Source: Mobula hypostoma
Lineage: Eukaryota
Assembly: GCF_963921235.1 (NCBI RefSeq)
Contig: NC_086108.1
Coordinates: forward strand, 24,800,001-24,864,000
Length of the DNA: 64,000 bases
Reading direction: 5' to 3'
Position 1 is the stretch's first letter; each line of letters begins with the position of its first letter. The position numbers and the translations under genes were made by a program. Under the pieces are notes generated by a model, which ran no database searches, was not told the DNA's origin, and saw nothing but the letters and a program-made list of their open reading frames with translations. Of the stretch, positions 50,049-62,970 are shown in pieces.

Positions 50049-51623
50049 ATCACCATATATAACCTTGAGATTATTTTTTTCTTGCAGGTATATTCAATAA
50101 ATCCATAATAGAATAACAACCATGAAAGGATGAATGAAACGGCACACCAATTTGGATGTTCAACCAGTGTGAAAAAGACAACAAACTGTGCAAATAAAAG
50201 AAAGAAGGATAGAATGAAAGAGCAATAAATATTGAGAACGTGAAGTGAAGAATCCATGAAAGTGGGTCCGTAGGTGTGAGAACAGTTCTCTGTTGAGGTG
50301 AGTGAAGTTAAGCAAAGTTAGCCCATTGATTGAAAGCGTGATGGCCCATGGGTATTAACTGTCCCTGACTCTGGTCGTGTGGGTTCCGGGGCTCCTATAC
50401 CTCATTCCTGAAAGCAGCAGTAAGGAGACAGGTGGCTTTGATAGTGGGGGCCTCCAATAATAGGCAAGGAAGCATTATGTAAATCTAACTACAACACTAA
50501 TTGCCCTCATTAATTTGGTGTTACCTTATCAAAGATATTGCCCTTGTTCTACCCACCTCACCCTACCTCCTACTGAAATCATAAACTCACCAGGATCTCC
50601 AGTTTACCAGTACAGATTCTGAGGAAATGACTATTTGAAGATGAAGACCTCAAGCAAAGCTTATAATCTACATAGCAGCAGTGATCTCTGTCCTCCTGTG
50701 TGCTTCTCAGACTTTGACTGCTGCAGAAGGCAACTTAAAGCACAAGTGAGGCAACATCATCTCAGTAAAACTCTCAAAACCAGTAGTATGATGGAGTAAC
50801 CTAATGTCATCTTCCTCTATTAGGCTGACAGCACCAGCACTGAGGTTTTATTTACACTCACTCACCATACCACTCTTGCCCCACACAGGGCTTCTGAATT
50901 CTTCACTCCACACTCTAAAAGTGGTCACAACAAAAGATTACTAGGTGGATAGAGAAAACGCTGCAAAATATTCTCAAAGCCTCCTTGAAAAGTACAAGAT
51001 AGAAGAGTGCAGTGCAGGAACCAGTCCATGATGTTGGTCCAAATTAAATAACTAACTAAACTAATCCCTTCTGCTTATGCAACATCCATAGCCCACCATT
51101 CTCTACACACTCATGTGTCCAAGAGCCTTTTAGACACCACCACCATGTTTGTCTCCACTGCCAACCCTCTCAGCCCGTTCCAAGCACTCACCACTGTGCA
51201 AAAGATAAGTTGATCTGTGTGTATGGTAGGCAAGACAAAGCCTTTTGCCGTACTTCAGTACATGCGATAATGACAAAACAATATACCAATTTCTGTCACA
51301 CACCTTGCTTTCCTAAATTTGCCATAGACCCCTCCTCCAGTTCACCCTCAACCAGATCCATGCTTTCAACCAGCAGTTCTTCTACCAAGATGAACATTGA
51401 CTGTTTATTTCCCTCCACCGATGCTGAGTGACCTGTTGAGTTCTCCAGCACTTTTTGTTGCAGGAGGGAAGTAAGTCACCCTGAATGTCACTGGATTGTT
51501 AAGACCAGCCAATTTTAAAAAGGTGACTAAATACAAGCTAGAGGTCACTGACTGAATGCATTTACAAGCAATAGACTTTAAAGAAGGTTTCATTTATAAA
51601 TTAACTACCTTAAATTTACATGC

Positions 51624-51921
51624 GCGTGGCCAAGTGATTAAGGCGTTCATTTAATGGTTTGAAGGTCACCAGTTCGAGCCTTGGCTGAGGCAGCATGTTG
51701 TGTCCTTGAGCAAGGCACTTAACCACACATTGCTCTGTGACGACACTGGTGCCAAGCTGTATGGGTCCTAATGCCCTTCCCTTGGACAACATCGATGGCA
51801 TGGAGAGGGGAGACTTGCAGCATGGGCAACTGCTGGTCTTCCATAAAACCTTGCCCGGGCCTGCGCCCTGGAAACCTTCCAATGCGCAAATCCACGGTCT
51901 CATGAGACTAACGGATACCGA
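51624..51921 (+). mobile_element. Full-length tRNA-derived SINE with CORE-like domain and perfect 14-bp target-site duplication
   Basis: A-box TGGCCAAGTGA, B-box AGTTCGAGCC and CORE-like GTGTCCTTGAGCAAGGCACTTAACC. ttaaatttacatgc occurs at 51610-51623 and 51922-51935. Confidence 0.85.
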
Positions 51922-52913
51922 TTAAATTTACATGCACAATTGAACTTATTTTGCGGTGAATAGTTCGATCAAGGAAAACGCAAATTTTAAAATACAAGTT
52001 TGAAAATGCTGTTCATGGTCATAACAAAACCTCAGACTTCTGACTTGTCTGTCAGCACAAATAAATTAATATTGGTATATTTTTATAGGAGTTGAGTAAA
52101 TCAATCAAAATTCAAAATTTCCAAGAACACAATACCAGGAAAAATGCTTTCTGTACCTCAACATCCAAATATTTTATATTTACACAAAATAATAACAACC
52201 AAATAAAATGTTTAAAATCTGCACAGTATATGTTTGATAAACTACCAAAACGCTGTATACAGTATGCTTTACATGCATATTTTCAATGTTCTATAATGAT
52301 GTTGCCAATTCCAGGGTTACAAATTAATTGGCCTGAAATCTTTTGCAGTTCCTTGTGACACAAATTAGGATTTTTGAACAGTGAGCCAAGGTAAACTGCT
52401 AGTTGTTCTGTTTTCCCGATGAACTGCCATAACAGTGCATGTATAAAGTTGTTGAATGCAATTACCTTGTTTATTCTTGAGCACCTTTTGTGAATGTGAT
52501 TCAGCTGAAAATATTCAAATAGAATTTCAATATAGAGTAATGACTCAAATATCAGACTTAGTTTGGAAAACTATTTCCAGCCAGTAAATGCTTTTGCCTT
52601 CAAATCTACCTTTGAGCAACCTTAAAATGACCTTGATTACTTGAAAATCGATTTGACATTATTTCTGCAGAAGAATCTTTAAATAATAACAAGCCAATTC
52701 CCGATAATAAAAGGAATGGCTCATTTTGAGATAGGCCAGTGATGGTTTCCCAAACATCTGTCAAAAATATTTGAAGTTCAAAGTAATTTTATTAGCAATG
52801 TACAGATGTGTCATCATCTACAATCCCAAATTTCATTTTCTTGCAGGCATTCACACTGAATACAAGAAACTAAGAATAATAGTAATAAATAAATAAGTAA
52901 TAAATATCAAGAA

Positions 52914-55337
52914 AACAACAGGAATTCTGCAGATGCTGGATTTAATAATAAGGTTAGGATTAGTGCGGAGGGAGTGGAGCAGAGCGTTCCGAAGGAGTGA
53001 GGTTTGAATGGGGACAAGGTGCGGTGAAGTCGAGACGGTTGATGTCCCGTCGGCAGTATTTAATAATAAGGTTAGGATTAGTGCGGAGGGAGTGGATCCC
53101 GCCAATAAGGGGGTTGCTGCTGTAGTCTGGCGTACTGACCTCTACCTTGCCGAGGCACAGCACCCGCCGATAAGGGAGGTGCTGTTGTAGTCTGGCGTAC
53201 TGACCTCTACCTTGCCGAGGCACAGCGACAACTCGCGGATACCTCCTCTTATTTACCCCTCCATCGTGACCCCACTAAGGAGCACCAGGCCATTGTCTCC
53301 CACACCATCACCGACTTTATCCGCTCAGGGGATCTCCCATCCACTGCTACCAACCTTATAGTTCCTACACCCCGCACTTCCCGTTTCTACCTCCTACCCA
53401 AGATCCACAAACCTGCCTGTCCTGGCCGACCTATTGTCTCAGCTTGCTCCTGCCCCACCGAACTCGTTTCTGCATACCTCAACACGGTTTTATCCCCCCT
53501 CGTTCAATCCCTTCCGACCTATGTTCGTGACACTTCTCAAGCTCATAAACTTTTCGATGATTTTAAGTTCCCTGGCCCACACCGCTTTATTTTCACCCTG
53601 GATGTCCAACCCTATATACTTCCATCCCCCATCAGGAAGGTCTCAAAGCTCTACGCTTCTTTTTGGATTCCAGACCTAATCAGTTCCCCTCTACCACCAC
53701 TCTGCTCCGTCTAGCGGAATTAGTCCTTACTCTTAATAATTTCTCCTTTAGCTCCTCCCACTTCCTCCAAACTAAAGGTGTAGCTATGGGCACCCATACG
53801 GGTCCTAGCTATGCCTGCCTTTTTGTTGGTTTTGTGGAACAATCTATGTTCCGTACCTATTCTGGTATCTGTCCCCCACTTTTCCTTCGCTACATCGATG
53901 ACTGCATTGGCGCTGCTTCCTGCACACATGCAGAGCTCGTTGACTTTATTAACTTTGCCTCCAACTTTCACCCTGCCCTCAAGTTTACCTGGTCCATTTC
54001 CGACACCTCCCTCCCCTTTCTAGATCTTTCTGTCTCTGTCTCTGGAGACAGCTTATCCACTGATGTCTACTATAAGCCTACTGACTCTCACAGCTATCTG
54101 GACTATTCCTCTTCTCACCCTGTTTCTTGCAAATACGCCATCCCCTTCTCGCAATTTCTCCGTCTCCGCCGCATCTGCTCTCAGGATGAGGCTTTTCATT
54201 CTAGGACGAGGGAGATGTCTTCCTTTTTTAAAGAAAGGGGCTTCTCTTCCTCCACTATCAACTCTGCTCTTAAACGCATCTCCCCCATTTCACGTACATC
54301 TGCTCTCACTCCATCCTCCCGCCACCCCACTAGGAATAGTGTTCCCCTGGTCCTCACCTACCACCCCACCAGCCTCCAGGTCCAACATATTATTCTCCGT
54401 AACTTCCGCCACCTCCAACGGGATCCCACCACTAAGCACATCTTTCCCTCCCCCCCCCTCTGCATTCCTCAGGGATCGCTCCCTACACAACTCCCTTGTC
54501 CATTCGTCCCCCCGCATCCCTCCCCACTGATCTCCCTCCTGGCACTTATCCGTGTAAGCGGAACAAGTGCTACACATGCCCTTACACTTCCTCCCTTACC
54601 ACCATTCAGGGCCCCAGACAGTCCTTCCAGGTGAGGCGACACTTCACCTGTGAGTCGACTGGGGTGATATACTGCGTCCGGTGCTCCCGATGTGGCCTTT
54701 TATATATTGGTGAGACCCGACGCAGACTGGGAGACCGCTTTGCTGAACATCTACGCTCTGTCCGCCAGAGAAAGCAGGATCTCCCAGTGGCCACACATTT
54801 TAATTCCACATCCCATTCCCATTCTGACATGTCTATCCACGGCCTCCTCTACTGTAAAGATGAAGCCACACTCAGGTTGGAGGAACAACACCTTATATTC
54901 CGTCTGGGTAGCCTCCAACCTGATGGCATGAACATCGACTTCTCTAACTTCCGCTAAGGCCCCACCTCCCCCTCGTACCTCATCTGTTACTTATTTTTAT
55001 ACACACATTCTTTCTCTCACTCTCCATTTTCTCCCTCTGTCCCTCTGAACATACCCCTTGCCCATCCTCTGGGTTCCCCCCCCCTTGTCTTTCTTCCCGG
55101 ACTTCCTGTCCCATGATCCTCTCGTATCCCTTTTGCCTATCACCTGTCCAGCTCTTGGCTCCATCCCTCCCCCTCCTGTCTTCTCCTATCATTTTGGATC
55201 TCCCCCTCCCCCTCCAACTTTCAAATCCCTTACTCACTCTTCCTTCAGTTAGTCCTGATGAAGGGTCTTGGCCTGAAACCTCTTCCTAGAGATACTGCCT
55301 GGCCTGCTGCATTCACCAGCAACTTTTATGTGTGTTG
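52914..55337 (+). mobile_element. Young Penelope-like element (Neptune-type linker) with RT and GIY-YIG and a rearranged 5' end
   Basis: PADKGGAVVV, FYLLPKIHK, GVAMGT, RYIDD (53663-54634), CKRNKCYTC and VIYCVRC..LYIGET (54496-54957). CpG-rich. 15-bp duplication aataaatatcaagaa at 52899-52913 and 55338-55352, inside a Rex1-type 3' fragment (about 52775-55630). Confidence 0.95.
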
Positions 55338-56739
55338 AATAAATATCAAGAACTTGAGACGACGAGTCCTTGAAAGTGAGTCCATAAGTTATGGCGACAG
55401 TTCAGTGATGGGGCTAGTAAAGTTGAGTGAAGTTATCTCCTCTGGTTCAAAAGCCTATTGCTGAGGAGTAATAACTGTTCCTGAACCTGGTGGTGTGAGT
55501 CCTGAGGCTCCTGTACTTTCTTCCTGATGGTAGAAGTGAGAAGAGAACATGCCTGGATTCTGGGAGTCCTTCAAGATGGATGCTATTTTCCTGCGACAGC
55601 ACTCCATGTAGATGTGCTCAATGGTGGGGATGGAACCAAAGTTAATGGTAACCCACTACCCTTCATGAAACACAAGCTGCCTATTTCATTGTGCTGGGAA
55701 TTCCTGCATTCTTCTGCTGGTGAACATGATTAAATATTTCACCTGTCTTCTCCTCAGTTGAACATGTATCAAATCTTGAACATTGTACATTCTACCCTCC
55801 TTCACCATCAGATCCTTTTGAAAGTTCCTCCCTCATTTCATCACAGAACTGGTGAGAAACATTGTTATATTAACAGAAAAAGAAAATGCAGGAAACACTC
55901 AGCAGGACTGGTATTAACTTGGTTTTCTATCCACAAATAATGCTTCAGGTTATTGTGGATTTTCAGCATCTACTTTATTTTTTATTTTAACAACGTTAGA
56001 TGACTTGTTTATATACTAAGCCCCAATAACCTGTCTCTGTCCACTTCCATCAGCTCTCAAAAGCCTATGTACCTAGTAATTGAACACTAAGTATTGACAT
56101 AATTCACAGCTGCCAAGGGAATGCCTCAAGCAGCAACTCTAAGCTCTCACCATTAACAGAAGTTAGCATCAACTCATAAGGCTACAACATTGCTCAACGT
56201 CCCACAACCCCATTCATCTTCATATTTAATTAACACAAGACACTTCTGGCTCTTCCTGTCACAAGTTGTTCTTCTCACTGGACATGTACTATAGAAAGTA
56301 TCCTGAATGGTCGCACTGTGAGGTGCTGCAACAATTCCAATGCACAGGAACACAGGAGGAATTCATCATAATCCATCGTGGTTACAGTCCTCTCCAATAT
56401 TGAAAATATCTACAGGAAGCATTGCCTCATGAAGACAAGATACTTCATCAAGAATCCCTAGCTTCCAGGTTCTACCCTCTTCTCACTGTCACTACTATCA
56501 GCCTGATGTCCCACACATCAGGTTCAGGAACAGCTACTTTGCTCTGATAATCAGGTTCTTGAACTAAACTGCACAACTGTAATCCTACCTTAATAATAGA
56601 ATATTATGGACCAGCTCTTGCGCAACCACAGACTGGCCTCTGATTAGGTCTTCTGTTTTTGCTGTAATGTCTTGTTTTGCACAGTCAAGTTTTCCCTCTC
56701 TTCATAGAGTGTGAAATTGCACAGGTTCAGTGTAAGAGG

Positions 56740-58140
56740 AGTAGGTAGTCAGTGCAGTGTTCTGCTGTGTCTATTATCCTCAGGAAGAAGTACCCTTTGA
56801 ATGCTTTGGGGGGTGGGGGAGGTGACCTATCTGGGCACAGCAGCAGCATCCAGGCCAATGGCACTGTGACCAACTGAGGCTCCACAGCAAGAAGTAAAGT
56901 CAGGCAGACTGATAGTGATAGGAGACTTGACAGTTAGGGTGATGGACAGGAGATTCTGTGGAGAGGCGAGGATGATGTGTTATCTCTCAGGTGCCAGGTC
57001 CAAAATGTCTCAGAGCAACTGCAGAATATTCTTTAGGGAGCAGACAGAGGTGGTGGTGCTCATTGGCACCAATTACATGGGTAAAAGCAGGACGCCCATA
57101 ATAGTAATCTCTGGATTACTCACTGTACCACGAGCTCATCAGATGAATGACTGACTGAGAAACTCCGCAGGGGGAAGGGTTTCAAGTTCTTGGATCATTG
57201 GAACCTTTTCTGGGGCAGTGCTGACTTGTACAAACGGGATAGGTTGCACCTAAACTGGAAGGGATCCTGGCCAGGAGGATTGCCTATACTGCTCAGGAGG
57301 ATTTAAACTAGTTTGGCAGGGGGATGGAACCAGAGCATCAGGTCAGAAAGTGGACAGATGGAGAGGAAGGTAGATGTCGGGGCCAGTTAAACATGGCAGG
57401 AGCAAAGTAATGGATATGATGGGAAAGAGAGTTCAAAGTGTGTACATTTTAATGCTAGGAGTAAACGTGATGAACTTAGAACATGCATCAGTACAGGGAA
57501 CTATGATGTTGTGACTATTATGAAGAATTAGCTGAAGGAGAGACAGGAATGGGTGCTTAATGTCCCAGACTTTCAATGCTTTAGAAAGGATAGAGGGGGA
57601 GATAAAGGAGGTGGGGAGTTGTACTACTAATCAGGGCCAATACCACACAGTTGCACTCAGGGGGGACATAATCGACGGCTCGTTCACTGAGTCTATGTGG
57701 GTAGAACTCAAAAATAGGAAGAGTGCAATTACTCTGATGGGATTGTACTACTGATCCCACAGTAGCCACCCCGACTTTGAGGAACAGATAGCTTAAGGTA
57801 CAAATACGTAGGGTTGTTGTTATGGGGGACTTCAACTTCACGAATATAAACTGGGATTTACTTAGTACAAAAGGTTTAGATGGCGCGGAATGTGTTAGGT
57901 GCATCCAGGAATATTTCTTAAATCAATATGTAGATTGTCCAACAAGAAGAGAAGCTATACTGGCCCTGGTGGTAAGTTATGAACTTGGTCAAGTGACTGA
58001 GCGTTCAGTGGGTGAGCAGTTTGGGAACAGTGACCACAACTCCTCAAGTTTTAAAATAGGTATGGATAAGGATAAGTATGGACTTTGCAAGAGAGTATTA
58101 AATTGGAGCAGAGCAAATTACGCGAGCATGAGGCAGGAAA
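56740..58140 (+). mobile_element. Degenerate CR1 5' half (SGNH esterase-like ORF1 + endonuclease)
   Basis: IGDLTVRVMDRRFCG...VVVLIGTN (56915-57154), ESMWVELKNRK..LMGLYY and MGDFNFTNINWD...GNSDHNS (57822-58140). Confidence 0.85.
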
Positions 58141-59274
58141 GAAAGAGAGTTCTGTGCTGTTCTATGTTCACTATCTTGTACAATGTATGTACCATTAATA
58201 ATCTGTGTGTTGTCTACACCAATGTGCTTATGATCCTGCTGTGAGCAAGCTTTTTTTTTGTTGTATCTATACGTCATTTGGAGTTGTGCACATGACAATA
58301 AAGTTGACTTGATATCATTACAGAATATTGATGGAAACAGTTAACAGTAAGAAAAGAACTTTGTATTTCATGCTAGCTGCCATCAAAGCGATCATTAAAT
58401 TTGCCCAAATACTGTCAACAATTTTTATAGTACAGCTTACAAAGCATTGTATCTGGATACATCACAGCTGAATATGGCAACTGCTCTGCTCGAGTTTGCA
58501 AAAGATTGCAGAGAGTTGTGATCACTGCCCAACCAAACACACAAATCAACTTCCTATCCATTGATTCTGCCAGCACTTCCTGTTGCCTTGGGAAAGCAGC
58601 TATCATAATCGGATACCTCTCCAACCGCAGTCATTCGCTCCTCTACCCTCTCCCATTACAGGATACAAATCCCTGAGAGCATGAAGCATCAAACTCAAGG
58701 ACAGCTTAAAAAAAAAGAAAGTTCACAGATGACTAACACAGCTGTCACAGTGGACAGTGAAGTTTATCAAAAATAACAGGGGATTTTGATTAGCTGAGTA
58801 AGTCAGTCAAGGAATGGAAAATGGAGTTTAATTTGGAAAAATGTGAGGTGTTGTATTTTGAAAAGTAAAATCTTGGTGGGACTTTTACAGTAAATGGCAA
58901 AGTTCCTGGGAGTGTTGTAGAACAGAGTGACCTTGGAGTAGAGTGTATGGTTCATTGAAAGTGGAGTCACAAGTGGACAGGGTGGTGAAAGTGGTTTTTG
59001 GCACTGACCTTCATCGGTTAGAGTATTGAATTTGTACGTTGGGAGGTCATGGTGTGATTTACCTGGATGGTCTGCCAACTCACAGCAACATTTTGTGAGC
59101 TGCACACAAAACATCTTGATATACCTTTCTGAACTACAATCACCGCAATGTGCAGCCTATATTTTCCCTTGAAGTTACAAAATTTTAAACTAGATAATAA
59201 AATTAGCAATTTTATGTTCTCTGCCGAACTCAGAGAACTTAACTCTCAGTGCAAGTACAGCACTTTGAAGTGGA

Positions 59275-60810
59275 CAAAGATGCATTATCATGGCCGAAAG
59301 ATAGGGAGGAAGGGAGGACTCCAAGCCAGACTAAAATGTCAGGGGGTAAAACTTCCTCTACTCGGGATATTGCTAGCAAATGTACAGTCTCTGAAGAATG
59401 AGATTGAGGACCTCAGGGTAAGATTACTGTATTGAATGGAAATCAAAGATTACTATGTTCTGTATTTCATGAAGACATGGCTCTCTCTGTACAAGTCAGA
59501 TCTGTCAGTAAAACCACAGGGCTTCTTGATCCACTGGAGGGCGTAGACTGCTGATTCAAAGAGGACAAAAGGTGGAGGTACGTGTTTTATGCTAAACTCT
59601 TTGTAGTGCTCAAATTAGCAGTCTTGTCATGCTCCTGTTCTCCCAAATTGGAACATCTAATGATTAAGTGCTGACCATTCCACTTAAAAGACAATTTTCC
59701 TCCATGATCCTGACCACAGTTTACAAACTGACAAAAGCCAAAGTTAAGCATGCACTTCAGGTATAAGCAAACAAGAAAGAGCCGACCACGACATCTTTTA
59801 AATCATTGCCAGGGATTTCAAACAGGCTTGCTTGACGAAATCTCTGCCTAATTATCATCAACATATCATCCGCAGTACCAGGAGTCCGAATACACTCAAT
59901 CACTGCTATACTACCATAAGGAATGTGTACTATCAGATCCCTAGACTGCATTTTGGGAAGTCAGATCATCTGGCTGTCCTCCTCCTACCTGTATACATGC
60001 AGAGGCTACAGATCAAGGCTCCAGAAATAAGGATAATGAAGAGGTGGGTGCAGAAGGCAGAAGAGAGAACATGGGACTGCTTTGAATTAGTGGACTGGGC
60101 CATGTTCAAGGACATAGAGGATCTATGTAGATGAGTGAGTCGTTTAGTCTTCCCTAAAGAGAAGCCCTGAATGAATCGAGAGATCTGAAATCTGCTGAGA
60201 GCCAGATTAGTGAGTTCAGGTCTGGCACCCAAGTAGCAAAAATCCTGGTACAACCTCCAAAAAAATCATCTCACATGCGAAATGGCAATTCTGGACCAAA
60301 CTGGAATCCCAAAAGCATGCTCGATAGCTCTGACATTGCTTGAATGCTATCACCAGCTACAAAGTGAAACCAAGCGACATTGGTGACAAGGAAACTTCTT
60401 TCCGAGGTGAGCTCAATGCCTTTTAGGCTTGCATTGACCAACAAAATATGGAGACGTCTTCACGAACTCCCACACGGAGACATTGTGACTTCAGTCTGAG
60501 ACCGACATTTAATCATCCTTCAGGAGGGTGAATCCACTGAAAGCTTCTGGTCCAGGTGGGGCGCCTGGCCAAGAATGAAAGCTCTCTTTGGTAGTCTGAG
60601 GTACACACATGCTTCAAGCAGGCTCCAATTATACCAGTGCCGACAAAGAGTGTGGTATCCTACCTCAATGACTATTGTCCAGTAGCATCTGCATGCACTG
60701 TGATGAAGCATACCAACTCCTGACTGAGGAGCAACTTGGATCTGCTCCAGTTTGCTTACCATCACAACAGGTCCACAGCAGATGCCATTTCATTTTCTCC
60801 TCACTCAATC
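59275..60810 (+). mobile_element. Degenerate Rex1/Babar LINE (endonuclease to RT start)
   Basis: GGLQARLK..LLANVQSLKNEIEDLR and TRSPNTLNHCYTTI..HFGKSDHLAVLLLP, then ctcaatgactattgtccagtagca (LNDYxPVA) and cagtttgcttac (QFAY). Confidence 0.8.
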
Positions 60811-60889
60811 ATGTCAACCACATCAGTAGCTTCCTCCTGGTTTACTATAAGTCATGCAAGTCCTAGGTGGAGACTCAGGAATACCATTG

Positions 60890-61150
60890 CACACAGATAT
60901 TGAAAGATTCTTCATTGCTGTTTCTGTAACAGTTTTGTTTGATCAGTCAGGGTTGTTAGCCCTGAATTGAATCCCTGAACCTAGAAAACTAATGGACCAC
61001 TCTTAGTCAGGCCTCTACTCTTTAATCTGTTTGGCATGGGTGACCATACCAAAAGCAAAAGCATAAAGTCCTGACTCCAGCCACCATAGATCTCTGGGTC
61101 ATTGTGGCATGCAAGCCTTCAAACTGAAAGATTTTGGTCCTCTTGGAATA
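60890..61150 (-). mobile_element. RTE-derived non-autonomous element
   Basis: Contains in one piece the two blocks seen separately at 31920-31970 and 33225-33450. Confidence 0.6.
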
Positions 61151-62169
61151 CAGTGACCTTCATGTCTTCCTTAAAATGCAAGGGATGTTTGCAATGTAAT
61201 TAGTTTTCTAACAGATTAATACAGTTAAAAATTGCTATCTGCACTCTGCATGTGTACAAGTCAAGGTGGCCCAATGTCCTCGTGGTACTGCAGGTGCTTT
61301 TTGTGCAGATGGTTATATTGTATAGCTTCTTACCTGGTACTGCAGTTATCTTACTAAAATGATAAGTATTCCAATAATCATTTCATTATATCAAATAGCT
61401 GTGTATAATATATCAGTGAAACATGTACATTTGACCATTGTACATGTCCATGGATAACAACATTTCTATGTGTTATCACGCAACTACTTTTCCCTTTTCA
61501 AGAGTTTGTCTTGTGTATTTCGTAAATCCAAAACAGTTGCTCTTGCATTTGCTTCCATTGGTATCCATCTGTTAGAGTTTTGTGCATTTGCTAAATTCAT
61601 TCACATCTTTTTTGTAACTGGCCAGTGGACTATACAGTTACATCACGACTACAGCTCTCCCCTCTGTCTCAATGCTGCAATCAGACAGGAGGTAGCTGAA
61701 AACTCATGCCTCAAGATTCGATGACAGATTCTTCCTCACAGCCAACAGGTTCTTGAACAGACCTGAAAACCCTAATTCTATCTTGGACTTAATTTGCTTT
61801 CAACCTGCACAAGCATACCTTAAATTTACGTAATTCACATTTGGCATGTCTTTTTTATATTGTGCTGCAGCAAAAAGCAAATTTGCATAGCATTTATACC
61901 CTGGTTATATTTGTCCATGATAATTAACTTCAACTCAAATTTAATTCTTTTATCTATTTTGCCTGCATAACCAGATTTGTGCAGGATTGAATTAGTGTTA
62001 TCCTTAGCCCATCAGGCAGATCGTTAATAAAGGTGGTAAAGACTGTAGAACCGCCTTTTAATGAGATTTTAAGAATGGAAATAGACATAACAAACATTAA
62101 CATGGCCCTTTACAAACTGTTGCAGGAGTAATTATAATGGTCAATAAGGAAATAGCAGAAAAATCAAGC

Positions 62170-62970
62170 AAGCATTTTGTAGCAGTCACTTTGTCAAACA
62201 GCATGGAAACAGGTCCTGGATGGCAGTGGTTTCAATCGCAGCTGCTTCTGCAGAGTCAAACAAAGGTGTTATTGTCCTTTTCAAACTTTTTTTATGATTG
62301 CAAGACCCTGGTGGACGTTAAGAACTTGAAGTACTGCAGGTCTACCCATCAGTGAGTTGCTGGTTGGCAGAGAAACTGAAGGAGATGGACTTGCTGTGGA
62401 TAGTGCTGCTGCTTGCAACAGAGAGGCCTGTGTGCATAGCAGGTGTGCAGTCTAACAGCGAGTGATGGTCTTGTGTTCATATGACCCTGTTGGACATCAT
62501 TAATATGGAACACCGCAAGTCCAATTCACTGATTTATTAGCGGTCAGTGGGGGATCTGCATGGCCTCAGTCATAGCGAGGACTATGCCCCAAGCTGCAGA
62601 GTCACCTGTTTACAGCTGTCCAGGAGAGAGGCGTCAGAGTCAGTGCAGTCCAGCAGAGGCGGTGTGGCACGACATCCAGCTGGAGTTGATGCTGGCCTAG
62701 TGTATGCTCAGTAGAAGACAAGCCGTATGGTGTTCGACTTCAGATTTCTTCCACATTCATGGATTCAGGGTCATGGACTATATTTTTTGTGTGACTGCAT
62801 TTTACTGATTTCTTATGTGTACTTGCTGTCTTATGTGTGCTCAATGTGTCTGTGCTGTGTGAGACTGTTGGTACTGTGTTTTGCACCTTGACCCCAGATT
62901 ACTGCTGTTTCATTTGGCTGTATTCATGGGTATTTATGTATGGTTAAATGACTATTAAACTTGAACTATG
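62170..62970 (+). mobile_element. Putative non-autonomous retroposon with a Rex1-type tail
   Basis: GC-richer non-coding body ending gttttgcaccttgacccc...catttggctgtattcatgg...attaaacttgaact. Confidence 0.4.

Noticed and set aside
51624..51700. tRNA-like sequences here and at 1876, 30376 and 49982
   Set aside because: They continue into SINE bodies, in two cases with flanking target duplications, and I could not fold clean cloverleaves. They are SINE heads, not tRNA genes.
61334..61353. 20-nt minus-strand segment with good splice signals (cattttag|...CCAG|gtaaga)
   Set aside because: Not frame-preserving, phase-incompatible with the next candidate exon, and expected by chance.
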